The notes: a model not told the origin generated them from the sequence alone. DNA of 64,000 nucleotides from Octopus bimaculoides (GCF_001194135.2 NC_069000.1:47623683-47687682), one strand, 5' to 3'. Shown: positions 25,032-37,620, counted from the stretch's first letter. Made by a program: numbers and translations.

Positions 25032-25253
25032 TCACGATGTACTCCCTGTCAGGTCTGGGATGACAATACCATGCTGTTGAAGTGTAGCACGTAGTATAGA
25101 GTTCTCTTGTTTTAGTTCTTCACACTGTTGTCGATGTAAGTCACAGTCAACAGATATCCGCTCCGTCTCCTTAAGGCTGTCAGCCATACGAGCATTTGCC
25201 GTCCGAAGTTCTTGAATATATTCACATGCTTTCGCCAGAATTCCACCTTTGCT
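25032..25253 (-). CDS. USF: USF exon 7 (helix 2, leucine zipper, stop)
   Basis: ctttcag acceptor. SKGGILAKACEYIQELRTANARMADSLKETERISVDCDLHRQQCEELKQENSILRATLQQHGIVIPDLTGSTS*, 222 nt including TGA. Confidence 0.96.
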   Translation of the reverse strand, partial: SKGGILAKACEYIQELRTANARMADSLKETERISVDCDLHRQQCEELKQENSILRATLQQHGIVIPDLTGSTS

Positions 25254-25358
25254 CTGAAAGAAACACGTAAAGCGATGGAAGCGTTGAAACCTTGGATGGA
25301 TTATTGGAATAGAAAAGGATTTAAAAACAAGAAAATGAGAAACACTTACTGCACTGAC

Positions 25359-25453
25359 TTGTCCTTGTTTGGAATGGTCTTGAGCACACTCGGGGACAAG
25401 CTTGGATAAATGAACAATCCAATTGTTGATTTTGTCACGCCGTCGTCTCTCCA
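25359..25453 (-). CDS. USF: USF exon 6 (basic region/helix 1/loop)
   Basis: aacag acceptor, gtcagt donor, 95 nt. (V)ERRRRDKINNWIVHLSKLVPECAQDHSKQGQ is USF bHLH helix 1. Confidence 0.96.
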
Positions 25454-25699
25454 CTGTTCTCAACAAATGAAAACACAAATCTTTAAATTCATGTGCAAAG
25501 GATCTTTTATCCCCACTCCCAACCCAATTAGCTGGCCCCAGTATCTCATGATTTAATACACAAGTAAACCTGACCATGATAATGTCATTGTATCACAGCC
25601 CCTTCAGGCAAAGTGCGTTTGATTCACTGTATTAAGGTAATCAACAATCTTTAACTTCCACCAGTGTTAGCCCTTGGGCAGTGGCCATTCTGAGTCATA

Positions 25700-25881
25700 C
25701 ACATACCCACACCACAGGCACGGACTTTGCCTTATTACCATATGGTCAAGTTTTAATCTCACAGTGTGATGCCTTGGGTAAGTGCCCTCTACTGTAGCCT
25801 GGGGCCAATTAATGCCTTCTGAGTGAAATTGGTAAACACAAACTGTATGGAAACCTGTTGTGTATACACACACAAACATAC

Positions 25882-25950
<69 letters not shown>
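25700..25950 (+). mobile_element. CORE-like tRNA-derived SINE family 2 ending in (TA)n
   Basis: CCTTGGGTAAGTG..CTCTACTGTAGCC...GAGTGAAATTGGT. Related copies at 51795-51960, 59175-59345 and reversed at about 49040-49140 and 57470-57560. Confidence 0.65.
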
Positions 25951-25953
<3 letters not shown>

Positions 25954-27260
25954 TGCTCCTCTCTATATCTATGTTAACCACTCACTCATCCTTCCAATCC
26001 TCTCTATCACTCCACTGACATTCACCTCTGTGTACCTTGAGGGTACGCCTTGGCACAAAGCCACCTTCCCCAATACCCCACATCTCAGTTGAGAAGTCTT
26101 TGGTTTGTAAGTTACCTGGTGACCATGCTGGTACCACATAAAAAAAAAAACACCCAGTACACTGTAAAGTAGTTAATGTTAGAAAGGACAGGAAGTCGTA
26201 GAAACCATGCCAAAGCTGACTATAGTCCTCTACCTTGCCAGCTCCCGTCAAAGCATCCAACCCATGCCAGCATGGAAAACAGACAATGAGGATGATATAC
26301 ACACATCCAAGTGGGTTTGTGTGAATGTTTACATTCTGTACTCTGCATGAAAATCAATATTTGTTAATATTCCCTGCCAACAGAAACATGGTTCGAATCT
26401 CTACTTTCAAAGGTGAGTGGGGAAAAAAAAAATCCTGACTTGAAAAACAGGTAAAAGATAATGACAAGAGGAGCATCCAGCTGTAAGACACCTGAATGCA
26501 TTCATCCAAATCAGGCAAACATCATGAAAAACAAATCTAAAACAACACACGCACTATACATTGAAAAAAAATGTCACCAAAAAGATTTGAATTATGTATT
26601 TATCACTTGCTAGACTCCACGCACACTTATTTGAGAGGATTTTCTCTTTGTTTAGCAGAAACAAACAATGCCACTGTGTATGTGGCATTGTCTGTATTTT
26701 ACATCATCACAAAACCATATCTGGGCATTGAGCGGTTTATCCTGAGAAAGACCAGTGGAATATATGCCATACTTGGAAACAAAGGTTGATGACAACAAGA
26801 AGGACATTTTGTTGTCGGATACGGCTTCAATAAGTTTAGTCAAAACCCATCCCAACATGGTAATGACGATGATAAGTACAGAAATCTCTTTTACAACTGC
26901 GTACCTCAGTTGCTGATGATGACAGCTGCCATATTTGCCGTCATCATCTGCACTAACTTATGTATGTTCAACATGTTAAATTAAAAATATTCATATATTT
27001 AAGGGAAACCCACAGAGCAAGAATGTCAATGTGTGATCCAGCCATGCTTAGGGGTCAGGTTGGAGTAACAGCTAGATGTCCCCTTCAGCTCCCTACTGAA
27101 CACTCAATACTTTGTTGCCTTTCTTCCTGCTGCAGTAAAATCCCCAGTTAAAATTTTCTTTTCTCCTTTCGTCCCCTCCTTCACACAGAGAGTGAGTTAT
27201 AAGAAATTTATTAGAGAAAGCCGTAAACAAATTAAAACAAAAATAAACGAAATAGTGCAC

Positions 27261-27395
27261 CTTCATTGTGTGTTGCTCGCCTGCGGTCATCACGTGTCGA
27301 TCTGCCATCTAGTTTAGGGCTGTAGTTTGTTCGGGGAGCAATATTACGTTGACTCTGAAGGACATCCTGAGGAGACATCATCACATAGAACTGAC
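27261..27395 (-). CDS. USF: USF exon 5 (USF-specific region + basic region)
   Basis: ttttcag acceptor, weak gtgcac donor, 135 nt. (G)QFYVMMSPQDVLQSQRNIAPRTNYSPKLDGRSTRDDRRRATHNE contains the USR motif GQFYVMMSPQDVL. Confidence 0.95.
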
Positions 27396-28237
27396 CTGAA
27401 AACGTTCAGAAATAATAAACAGTGAACTGAATCCAATGAACACCAGTTTCAGTTGTAACCTAAAAGTTACGAAAGGGTAAAAGACTGTTGCAAGAATTCA
27501 AGTTAGGTCTCCTTGCCACAAACGAGTGAAGACCCTAAAAAAGATCATTAGCATTGTCCCTCTTATTCTCAGCCATTAAAATATAATTCTAAAATCAGAA
27601 TGAAAATACTTTTATTAGAAATACTGCCTTCATGTCCGGAAGGATTTAGTAAAATCGTTTTGCTATAATGAAGTCGATGCCTTGAACATAAATGATTTGT
27701 TAATAAGAGGCTGCGCGAGTGAATAGTTTCCATCATCACTAATTGGTCAGAGTTTATTGGAAACAGACTTGAGGATAACTTTCTTTCATTGATCTTCAAG
27801 GCCCCTAAAAAAAGGGGCCACAGAAAAATGACAACTCCTCTCTGTCATCAAGCATTATTATAATCAAGCATTATAATAATAATAGTTTTCTATTAAAAAA
27901 CAAGAAAGTGTTGCAGCCATCATCAGCTTATCTGTTTATATATCTTGGACGACATCTCTAACACAGTCATGTGTAATTTGAGAGACATTTAGCTGCTATT
28001 TCAAGGAAGTTAAGCATCCACAAAAAGAACAACACATTGAACAATTGTATTTTAAAACCTAGGTATGTCCCTTCTGCTGATCCCTACTTGTCTGTGAAGT
28101 ACAGTAGTATTACAGCATGGGCTTGTTTTGCAGTTAGGTTCATTGAAATCAACAGATTTTGATTGCTATACACACAATAGATACAAACATACAGCGTTTG
28201 TTGCTGTGGCAACGGTGTGTGTGCAAGAGAGTCTTAC

Positions 28238-28406
28238 CTCCAGCTGCAGTGACAGGTCCGATTGCTGTGGCAGTTGGCACCTCTGCTGGTGATGCTACTG
28301 CACTTTCTCCTGTCGACCCAGAAGTTGGGAAATATGTAAACCTTGTTTCTGCCTGGCTTTCAGGTGTTGGACTTCCTCCGTTACTGAAAGGTGTCTGAAT
28401 AACAGC
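28238..28406 (-). CDS. USF: USF exon 4
   Basis: tctcaacag acceptor, gtaaga donor, 169 nt. AVIQTPFSNGGSPTPESQAETRFTYFPTSGS... matches USF AVIQ.PFSNGGSP...ETRF.YFP. Confidence 0.92.
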
Positions 28407-29258
28407 CTGTTGAGAGAAACAGATAAAAGATTGCAACAAACAATGTTATAGGATGGCTAGTGAGGCATTTTTAAACAACTAATTTGATGATTAGAGAATT
28501 ACAGTGGTTAATTAAAAAAGTGACTAAAAAATTATGGCCTCAACTAATTTGATTGTTAATTCAATTTATTAGAGGGTCATGGCCACTGATTTGATCAGTC
28601 ACAACATTCAAAGAATTTGAGGATATTGAATTAATTATGATTAGAAGAGCAACATGATGTTTAGCTAATTGGCTATTCATGATAGCTATGTATCACCAAA
28701 TTAATTTTAATCATTAACATAGCTGTCACCCAACACCTTGTTCTGATCACAATCACTACAGTAGACTAAGCTAATCTCACATTGTTACATATACACACAA
28801 AGCGATTAAGGACATGAAGACTGAAAGCTCCTGGTTCATGAAGAATTAGCACTGAGATGCTTGAAATATGCCCCTCCCCCACCAGCTACCTGTTAACAAT
28901 AAGTGGAACCTGTTTCAGTTGGACAGACTAAGTTAATGATATGAATAGATGAATAGATGATATGAATAGAAAAAAAACTTTGAAGCTGTGACCTCAAAAA
29001 GGCTCCTAGATTGATTTCTAAGGAACAATAATTGTTTCTTGGCAGGTTGTGGAAGCTACAATGTTGTGACGTTCATTCCCTTGCTAAAGAGTTTTAAGGA
29101 TAGAGAAAGGAGTTAGTGTTATGTGTAGCACTTAACACATTATTTTAAAATATCAAATATGAAATTTATGCAAATTTAGAATACTTTTGTTTACATGTGT
29201 GGTAGAGTGAGAGAGTGAGGGAGAGAAAGAGAGGTTATGGATACTAAATGTCACGCAC

Positions 29259-29404
29259 CTGAGCAACTTGAGCACCAGCGGGAAACCCTGTGGTAGACAC
29301 TACCTGAGCAGTTGCTTCACTACCATCTTGTGTCACCTGTACAACACGATAGGTCACCTGACCTGTAGAGAAACAATCTCCGACCTCATATGACCCAGTC
29401 ATTC
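29259..29404 (-). CDS. USF: USF exon 3 (acceptor ambiguous: 29404 or 29362)
   Basis: Long polypyrimidine tract then ggcag; donor gtgcgt. MTGSYEVGDCFSTGQVTYRVVQVTQDGSEATAQVVSTTGFPAGAQVAQ contains the USF motif GQVTYRVVQV. Confidence 0.85.
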
Positions 29405-31659
29405 CTGCCAGAAGGAACCAAAGACAAAATGAAAGATGGTTAAGTGGAGAATTTATCAGAAAACATAAATCATACATAAAACTGCACTAAAGGTGCAAAA
29501 GCTGATAGAGGGCCTTAATTGACAGTAAGACCCTCTATCAGAAACTACTTCTACCTATACTGCAGCTGGTGTTGTTTACAGTATAGCACATAGCTCTCAA
29601 TAAATAAGGTTTCTTATGACTACACACCTAATAGAATGTGTAACTGTAGGCACCATGATAAATGTCCTTTAGATAACTAATGTCTGAAGAATAATCTACT
29701 ATATAAGTGCTTGGCCAAAACACCTGAGTGTGTATTATTACATAGGTGTTACCACTTCAAAATGCAAGACTAGATAACATAACCATACAAAAGGGAAACT
29801 GCACTTAATTGGCCAAGTTCACCTGGGATCTCTAAGAATAGATATAGACTACTTCATTTCATGTAGATAGTGCTCTTCCTCATACAGGTGGCAATGGAGG
29901 TGCTGGAAAATTTCAATGGTAAATTCAACTTAATTACAAAGCACCACAAGCCACTGTTCACATTTATTTAATAAAATATTCCTAAACTTTCCACACAAAA
30001 ATCCTAAATAAACAACTTACCTAAGTCTAACTAAGATCTATGTCCACATTCTCTTCTTATGGATTCTCTCACCCCTACTTGATTAATCTTTAATCTAAAC
30101 TATTGCTTCTATTTTTATTCAATTAATTTAATTAAAGTAGACCTAATATTTCTTGAATGGACAATAAAAGTGGACATTTAACTTAGAATTTTACATACTT
30201 TTAATATACATTTGTAGTAGACTCCACACCTCACTCTTTTTCCCTGTTTTAACCCAAATGCATATTTCCCTGCCATTGATTAGAATAGTGGAGGTCCAGT
30301 AATAATTTGCTTTTCTCTCTGTTCACTGTACTCACATATTTTTAAACTTGATGACCTCTTGACCTGCGAGGGAGTGTGAATTTGGCAACTTTATACTAAA
30401 TCAAAGAAGATAATTTAACATGTAAGGCTATCTATAATCTCCAGCTCCTGAATTATCTGGATGAGTAATTCTGATGTTAACAACTCTGATACCACACAAA
30501 CCTCACCTCCACCACATTATATATTTGTTGGAAACTCTGAAAAGTCTACCAGAAGAAGTTTAGAGTCAATCAATTATGCATACAAAGCAGTGTAACATGT
30601 TCCTCTGGCCATCAGAAATGATGATGATCATCATCAACAATGATCATAATCTTCAATAAAGTTATGTAACAATGTTGTCATCATTTCTTAGTTTGATTGA
30701 TATATCATCCTGTGCAGTGTCAAGCAAAAGTGCCCCTGTGGTACCATGTGAAAGCACCCAGCACACTATGTAGAGTGGTTGGCATTAGGAAGGGCATCCG
30801 GCCATAGAAACCATACCAAATCAGACTGGAGTCTAGTGCAGATCCCTAGCTTGCAAGCTTTGATCAAACTGTCCAACTCATACCATACGTTAATTGATGA
30901 TGATGATAAGTATGCGTGTGAGTATACAGATGTACATGTGTGACTACCAGCCAAAAGTTGAGCAGTTTATACCCTGCTACTGTCACTGTGCTGTGATCTT
31001 GGACTAAACATTACATTGCTGGTCCCAACTTTTCTTGCAGGAAATAGTTTTTATGGCAACCAATGACAGATGACCAGTTAACAGGTGACACTGACCAGCG
31101 CCAAACCTATAACAGTTTCTGTAGAAATATTTAAACATGTTGGACCACACCCAGTATTTCTAACGACATGGGGAAACTATAAACATAAATGGACATTTCT
31201 AGAATTTATAATTCTATTACAAAGAAATCAAATTGGTTTTCTGAAGAAGACATTCATCAGAAGCATTTAAACTGGTAGCTTTAGTCAAAAAACATAAATT
31301 TGGCTTATGAACTTTGTAACAGTTTTACTGCTGACACAAACAATCTCTGCTGTTACTGGACTCTAGTTGTTTGTTTTTCTATAAACAAAGAAAAAACAAA
31401 ATATAAAAATTTACAGATGTCAAACACAGAAGAGAAAGAGTGTGTGTGTGTGTGTGTGTATATAATAACAGACTGATTGATAATGTTTAACTCTCTCAGC
31501 CCTTGTGTCTAACTTTGCCCTCCACCTGGGCTCCTCAGCAAAATCATAAATAGTTGCATACACAGCTCAAGAGTAATAATTGCAGACAAATTAATGGACA
31601 GAATCACAAAAAAAAAAAAAAGAGAAAAATTCAGAACAACACCAACAACAATAGGCCTA

Positions 31660-32115
31660 TCTTTCAACCACCGTATTTGTTCATCTGAATTGTTACTTTC
31701 CTCATCGCTTTCACCAGTTTCATTGTCCGAATCACTCTCATTGTCTGCACAAGTGTGAACTCTTCACCCAAAGAATAAATATCATCAATCATTTCTTCAA
31801 CTGCAAAGAGTCTAGGCCTTGCTTGTTTACCAGACAAACCACTGCATCCCTCAAGCCCATCTTTCTTCACAAAAGATCCCCTTTTTTTTTCTTTCCGATT
31901 AAAGGCAAAAGTAAACAACAGCTATGGAGGACACCATTAACAATGAATCATCAACACACTTGACTACAAAAAGCTGTGACACGATCGGTTGTCTATTTCT
32001 GGTATTTTATCTTCTTTTTCTCCGTGAGTTGTTCATTACAGATTTAACGGGAATCCAATAGAGATTTCATTCAGGCTGTTCTCGGTATACTGGGAACATG
32101 GCATGATAGGGTTAA
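31660..32115 (-). mobile_element. Probable 5' end of a piggyBac-like transposon
   Basis: The - strand begins TTAA-CCCTATCATG, followed by RPRLFAVEEMIDDIYSLGEE and, after a frameshift, acidic DNESDSDNETGESDEESNNSDE, typical of piggyBac N-termini. No catalytic domain here. Confidence 0.4.
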
Positions 32116-32974
32116 AGAATTTGATAGCATGAGGTATTAAATACAAATGACTAAGGAATACTCAACCAGTTTCATGTTTTGTCACTAAATACTTCCACAA
32201 ACTATTAAAACTGATGCAAGATCCATTTTTCATTAACAACAAATGTTAAATAATCTTAATATTTTGGCTGATTGGCAGCCAGGTGTGAAGGGGTTTACAG
32301 TTGATAATTAGCTCCAGGTGAGTCTTAATCCTATAACCAAAGGTATGCCAACCATGACCATTCCTTCTTTACAGCTATCCAGAATATACATTATCCAATG
32401 TATCCTTTTTCTGTCGAGATAGAAGCATGTGGTTGGAGAAGGATTTGGGTGCTATTTTTAGCAAGTCAAGTAATCACATATGTGATTCCATTGCAGACAA
32501 TGCCAATAGTCATTTGTTTTATAAAACAGTGACAACAGAAGCTGTTGACTGTGACAAAGAACAAAACTGGTAATGCAAACTACAAGACAAGACAAGTGAA
32601 GAAAGAAGTGTTCAGACCAAGTGGAAATGGTTGAAATGGTAAAACAGGTAGAATGTTGCTCTGATCCTATATTTTATAGAATTATTGAACAATATGAATA
32701 ATGTTTGGGTTCTTTTAGAAAATTCCAACAATGAAAGGAATGCATTTTAGGTCAGCTCTCATGAATGGCTGCTGTTGGTGGTGGAATTTCCAGCTTCACA
32801 ACTCTTTTAATTTCTGCTGCTATCAATAAGAGGAGAAATAAAAGCAAGAACACTGGTACAACAACAACAACACTATTTATGGTGTTTACAACAGAAACAT
32901 ATACATACATGTGTCGTGTATTTACATTGTGTGTGTGTGTATTTATACACACATATACACACATGGGTGTATAA

Positions 32975-33290
32975 TCATTCAACGTCCACTGTCCATGCTG
33001 GTATGGGTTGGACGGTTTGACCAGGGCTGGCAAGGCTGGAAGGCTGCACCAGACTCCAGTGTGATTTGGCATGGTTACTATAGCTGGATGCCCTTCCTAA
33101 TGCCAACCACTCTGAGACTGTAATGGGTGCTTTTATGTGCCACTTGCATGACACCAATATCTGCCACAACAGCAATTTCACTTGACTTGGTGGGTTTTCT
33201 TCTCAAACGTAACATAATGCCAAAGGTCTTTGTCATTTGTCATTGCCTCTGTGAGGCCCAACACTCAAAAGGTGCTTTTCACATGCTACC
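32975..33290 (-). mobile_element. RTE 3'-tail-bearing repeat
   Basis: Closely resembles 17251-17545. Confidence 0.7.
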
Positions 33291-33484
33291 AGCATCTGCC
33301 ACAACTAATATATATATATATAAATACACATTTAACCCATGCAAGCATGGAGAAGTGGACACTAAACAATGATCATACACACACACACATCTACAGACAT
33401 TAAGGGGGATGCACATAAGAAAGTATGATAGTGTAGGTGGCAATAAGAAAGGGTACATCAAAGGGCAAGAAAGTGAAGAAATAC

Positions 33485-33546
33485 CTTCTGCATGTCCTGT
33501 CAGCTGAACATCATCTGATCCATTGGAGTCATTTGTTTTATCTTGG
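33485..33546 (-). CDS. USF: USF exon 2
   Basis: gtttcag acceptor, gtattt donor, 62 nt, phase 2 in and phase 1 out. (S)QDKTNDSNGSDDVQLTGHAE(G) resembles the USF2/USF1 segment DK...EEG VQLQEG. Confidence 0.7.
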
Positions 33547-33629
33547 CTGAAACATTCAAGTGAAATAACATTTTATTCTGCATACATACATCTCTCTCGC
33601 TCTCTCTTTATATATAAAATATATAACAA

Positions 33630-35350
33630 TGAGCACTACGAGCACATGGGACTTAGATTCTCTGAAATGGCCAGGAGGCCCTCTTGAGGTTGAAGATAGT
33701 TTCTGTTACCTAGGTGACCAAATTAGTAATGGTGGAGGATGCTCTGAAAGTATTGTTTCTAGAATAAGTAAAGGATGGAGGAAGTTTAGAGAGCAAATTA
33801 CATCTGTTGGCAACAAAAGGATTCTCTCTCGGAGCGAAAGGTAGACTGTATGATACTTGTGTGCAGACCAGCTATACTCCATGGTAGAGAGACATGGGCT
33901 CTGAATGCAGAAGACATATGCTCTGCTGGATGTGCAACATCAGTGCGCATGTACGACAAAGTGCAGATGTATTGAGAGAAAAGTTAGGCATAAGAGGAAT
34001 GAAATGTAACATGCAAGAGAGAAGACTACATTGGTTTGGACATGTGATGTGTATGAATGAAGGCAGCTCCATAAAGAAATGCCAATCACTGAAAGTAGAT
34101 GGTACCTGTGGAAGAGGGAGACCCAGGAAGACATGGGATGAAGTGGTAAGGGCCTATCTCAGGATGTTGGGTCTCACAGGAAGAAATGACAATGGACCAA
34201 GATGTCTGGCAATATGAGGTTCCTGAGAAGATCCACCCATGTCAGCAAAACTGAGTTCTAGAAGTGGTATGTGTCCCACCCACATATAAAAAACTTCTCA
34301 TACACTCTACCACAACAAACCAAACTACATCTTTTTTCTTCCTCACATTTTCACTTCTTTACTGCCCACTCCCCAATCCTGTCCTTTTGGCCCTGTCTCA
34401 CTGTATTATTGCTACCCACTAGCCCCCCCCCCACCGACCTGTGTTCCACCCACACACCTACCCCCAACAAACCTAACTACATCTTTCTTCCTCACATTTC
34501 CTCCTTCATGCACTATGCTTACCTCTCACTCCCCAACCCTGTCCTCACAGCCCTATTTCTCTGTATCATTGCTATCTGGTAGCCCCTGCCCCTAACTCTA
34601 TATACCCAAGTTTTCACCACCAACTTCCCCTCCCCACACTCTGATCATGCTTCTTTGGCAATATCCTGCCACTTGTATTATGATCTTTGAACCTCAAGGT
34701 TATGCCCTGGCACTTCCCACCATTTATACCACCCTCTCTGCCTTTACTCGACCATCCATTTTTATTCTGATCACTGTCCCTCATGAATATGCCCAGTGCT
34801 TTGCCACCATTTCTATCCTGCTATCTCCCGCTCTCTCTCTCTCCTCCTGCACTTCCTTCAGGTTGGGTAACCAGGTCTCTCCTTTGCAGCAGCACACCTA
34901 TTTTTGTCCTCATTCCTGATCTCTCTCTCTCTCTGGCCAAATAACCTTGTACCTCCTCTACAGTAAGACACCTGTCTCTCTCTCTCACTATAACCTTTCA
35001 TCATCTAACACAAGATCACCTCCTCCAATGTACCCCCCCTCTCAAAAGATGTTTGTCTTGCAGGTTACTTGGTGACCCTTTCAGTGCAGGTGCTGCTTAA
35101 AAAGCATCCAGTCCACACTGTAAAGTGGTTGGCATTTGGAAGGGCATCTAGCTGTAAAAACCTTGCCAAAACTGACCTCGCTTGTGCCTCGTAAAAAGCA
35201 CTAAGTCCACTTTGCTGGGTGATTCTTGTTAGGAAGGGCATCCAGCTGTAAAAATCCTGCCAAAACAGTCACAGAAGTCTGGTGCAGGCTTCTGTCAAAC
35301 CATCCCACCCATGCCAGCATGGAAGGCGGATGTTAAACGATGATGATGAT
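33630..35350 (+). mobile_element. 5'-truncated RTE LINE (ORF2 C-terminus, long 3' region, (GAT)n tail)
   Basis: LEVEDSFCYLGDQISNGGGCSES, QERRLHWFGHV, GRGRPRKTWDEVV; ends CATGGAAGGCGGATGTTAAACGATGATGAT. Confidence 0.9.
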
Positions 35351-37169
35351 ATATATACAAAAAAAGACAGCACACGTAAATACATATATGTGTATGTATA
35401 TATATTTTGTGTGTGTGTGTGTGTGTGTGTGGTGCAGGGAATCATGGACCTGGAGTGAACAACTCCAGGTGAGAAAGGAAGAGCTCAGTGTGAGTCAATA
35501 ATAGAGTTTCCTGAGTCAACTAAATTATAATGAAGAATATGTTTAACATGTAATGCAAGGAACAATAAAAATCGGACAGGAAATGATTATGTAATAAAGT
35601 ATTATAAAAGTAATGAATTAGAATTTTTGGGGTTTGTCTGGTAAGCAAGGGAGACAACCTTAGACATGTTTCAGTTTCATTATAACCTCATTAGCAAAGC
35701 ATAGACATCACCATAATTACAGAAGTGACTGAGGAACTAAAAATTGTAGATTGGCTGGTGGAGGAAAACAGAATTGTTTCATCTGCCATCAAAATAAAAA
35801 AAAAACAATAAATGAAATTGGTTTTAACTGATTAAAACCTAATTGCTTAGTTAATTTTCTAGCTGTGATCAGCCTGTCTGTATTGATTGTCCACAGATGT
35901 TTAAATGTGGCACCAGTGACATATTACTTGTGACATGGTACCAATGATCTGATGCTAGAACTAGGAAAAATATATTTGAAGGTGATGAAAATTGTTGAAA
36001 GAAGATATTAAAAGCTGAAGTCAGAAATTTTAGGAAAATGTCTTTACTGTTGTTAAAGTAAATAGTTGTGATGATAGAAACAATAAAAATGTGATTTGGT
36101 GGCTTGAATCAGTTGTCATTCACAATAGAGGCAATGGATCTTTTCTGTTTGGCTGCCACTTACCAATTATGGTGAAAATGAATTTCATGTCAATAATTAG
36201 TATATGCAACTATATCAATACACCAAATTTGAAATCAATTGGAACAAAATTATGTTGCTCATGACTTTGCATACGATATTAGACATTACAAGAGCCAATT
36301 TGTAATCCTCCATTGGCCCTAAGAGGAGGACTTGCCCTCTTCTCTCTGTTTTACATTGAAATTTTAGTAATGGTAAATTCCTGACATTACATACATCAAC
36401 AACTGGCTACATACTGTAGTGGTGGTGGTAGTGGTGGTGATGTGGACAGAACTGTTAGTTTCGTGTGAAGAGAACACATGTAAAAGTATGTCATAAGGAT
36501 AAGGGACATTTAAATATTGAGACAAAACATGGTAAAGAGATCAGTCCAGGTAATTGTTGGCTGTAGCCTCAATACTGTTAGCCGAGGAATGCAATAAAGT
36601 GAAAAACTGGAGTATCTCCAGAGGTGGTCTTTTGGAACTAGATTTAGGAGATAACAGATAATTTGTTTGATATAAATAGGACTGTGAATAAGTAGGGTCA
36701 GTAAATTTTCTAGGCTAGTGTCCTGCCTGCAAGAGCTGACCTCCTGCTTTTCTCTTTTAAATGGTGAGATATGCCAGAGATTACCTTGTCATCTTGTGAA
36801 ACATTTACAAATTAAACAATGTTCCCACTACTTGCAGCAATTAACTGTACCCGTCCCCAATGCACACACACACATACATGTACTTCTTTACATGTGGACT
36901 GAGCTATTTGGGGACACTGGGTCATTCTAACAACAATCATAAATGAACCTCAGTGATGAAAATGTTACTGTCATTAACAGATCAGGGACCCAGTCCACTC
37001 TCTCTCTCTCTCTTTGTCTCCACTCATTCACCAATCATTTCACACGGCGTAACAAGTGCATATTTTCATAGCACCACTACTAATGAGATTCTTTGCCTAA
37101 CACAAGGGCTCTCACTAATCTATATTGTCTCTGTTCATTTGGGCCACAGGAGAGACAGTGATGGCAAGG

Positions 37170-37620
37170 CATAATGGAAGCGAGGCAGTAACGGCAGGGT
37201 GCACAATGAGAGAGAAAGGCAGTGATAAATGCTTCAAGTCAGGAAGAGAGTAAGTTGTGATGGCAAGAGTGAGAGTGAGGATGTTATCAAAAGTGTGATG
37301 AGAGGAAATGGAAGTGATGGCTAGTATAAGAGGAGGGTAAATAGAGGGATCTGTCAGATGCCAACAGAGCCAATGCAATTGCTTGTTAGGAAACTGATTT
37401 GGATGAGAGCACAGGAGGGATGGAATGCAGAGAGGGCTAATGATCTACCCTGAAGGCATTGTTGGCACAGTTCAGTGAATAATTGAGGGGAAGAAGGATT
37501 GATAAAGAAGGGAGTATTGGATACAACTTGCCTTCTACTTTTTATTGCAAGCAGAGGTAATAGCTCCTTCAATTTTACCCAGTTTATTCCTATTTTGGCC
37601 ACTATTCTTTCAGAATACTC
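37170..37620 (-). mobile_element. RTE LINE 3' remnant
   Basis: KIGINWVKLKELLPLLAIK resembles the RIAWAKFRELLPLL motif seen in other copies. Confidence 0.5.

Noticed and set aside
30336-30536. Two micro-exon candidates in USF intron 2 (30336-30363, 28 nt; 30507-30536, 30 nt) with good AG/GTGAG signals
   Set aside because: With the phase-1 output of exon 2, one hits a stop and the other leaves a phase no downstream acceptor accepts. No USF homology.
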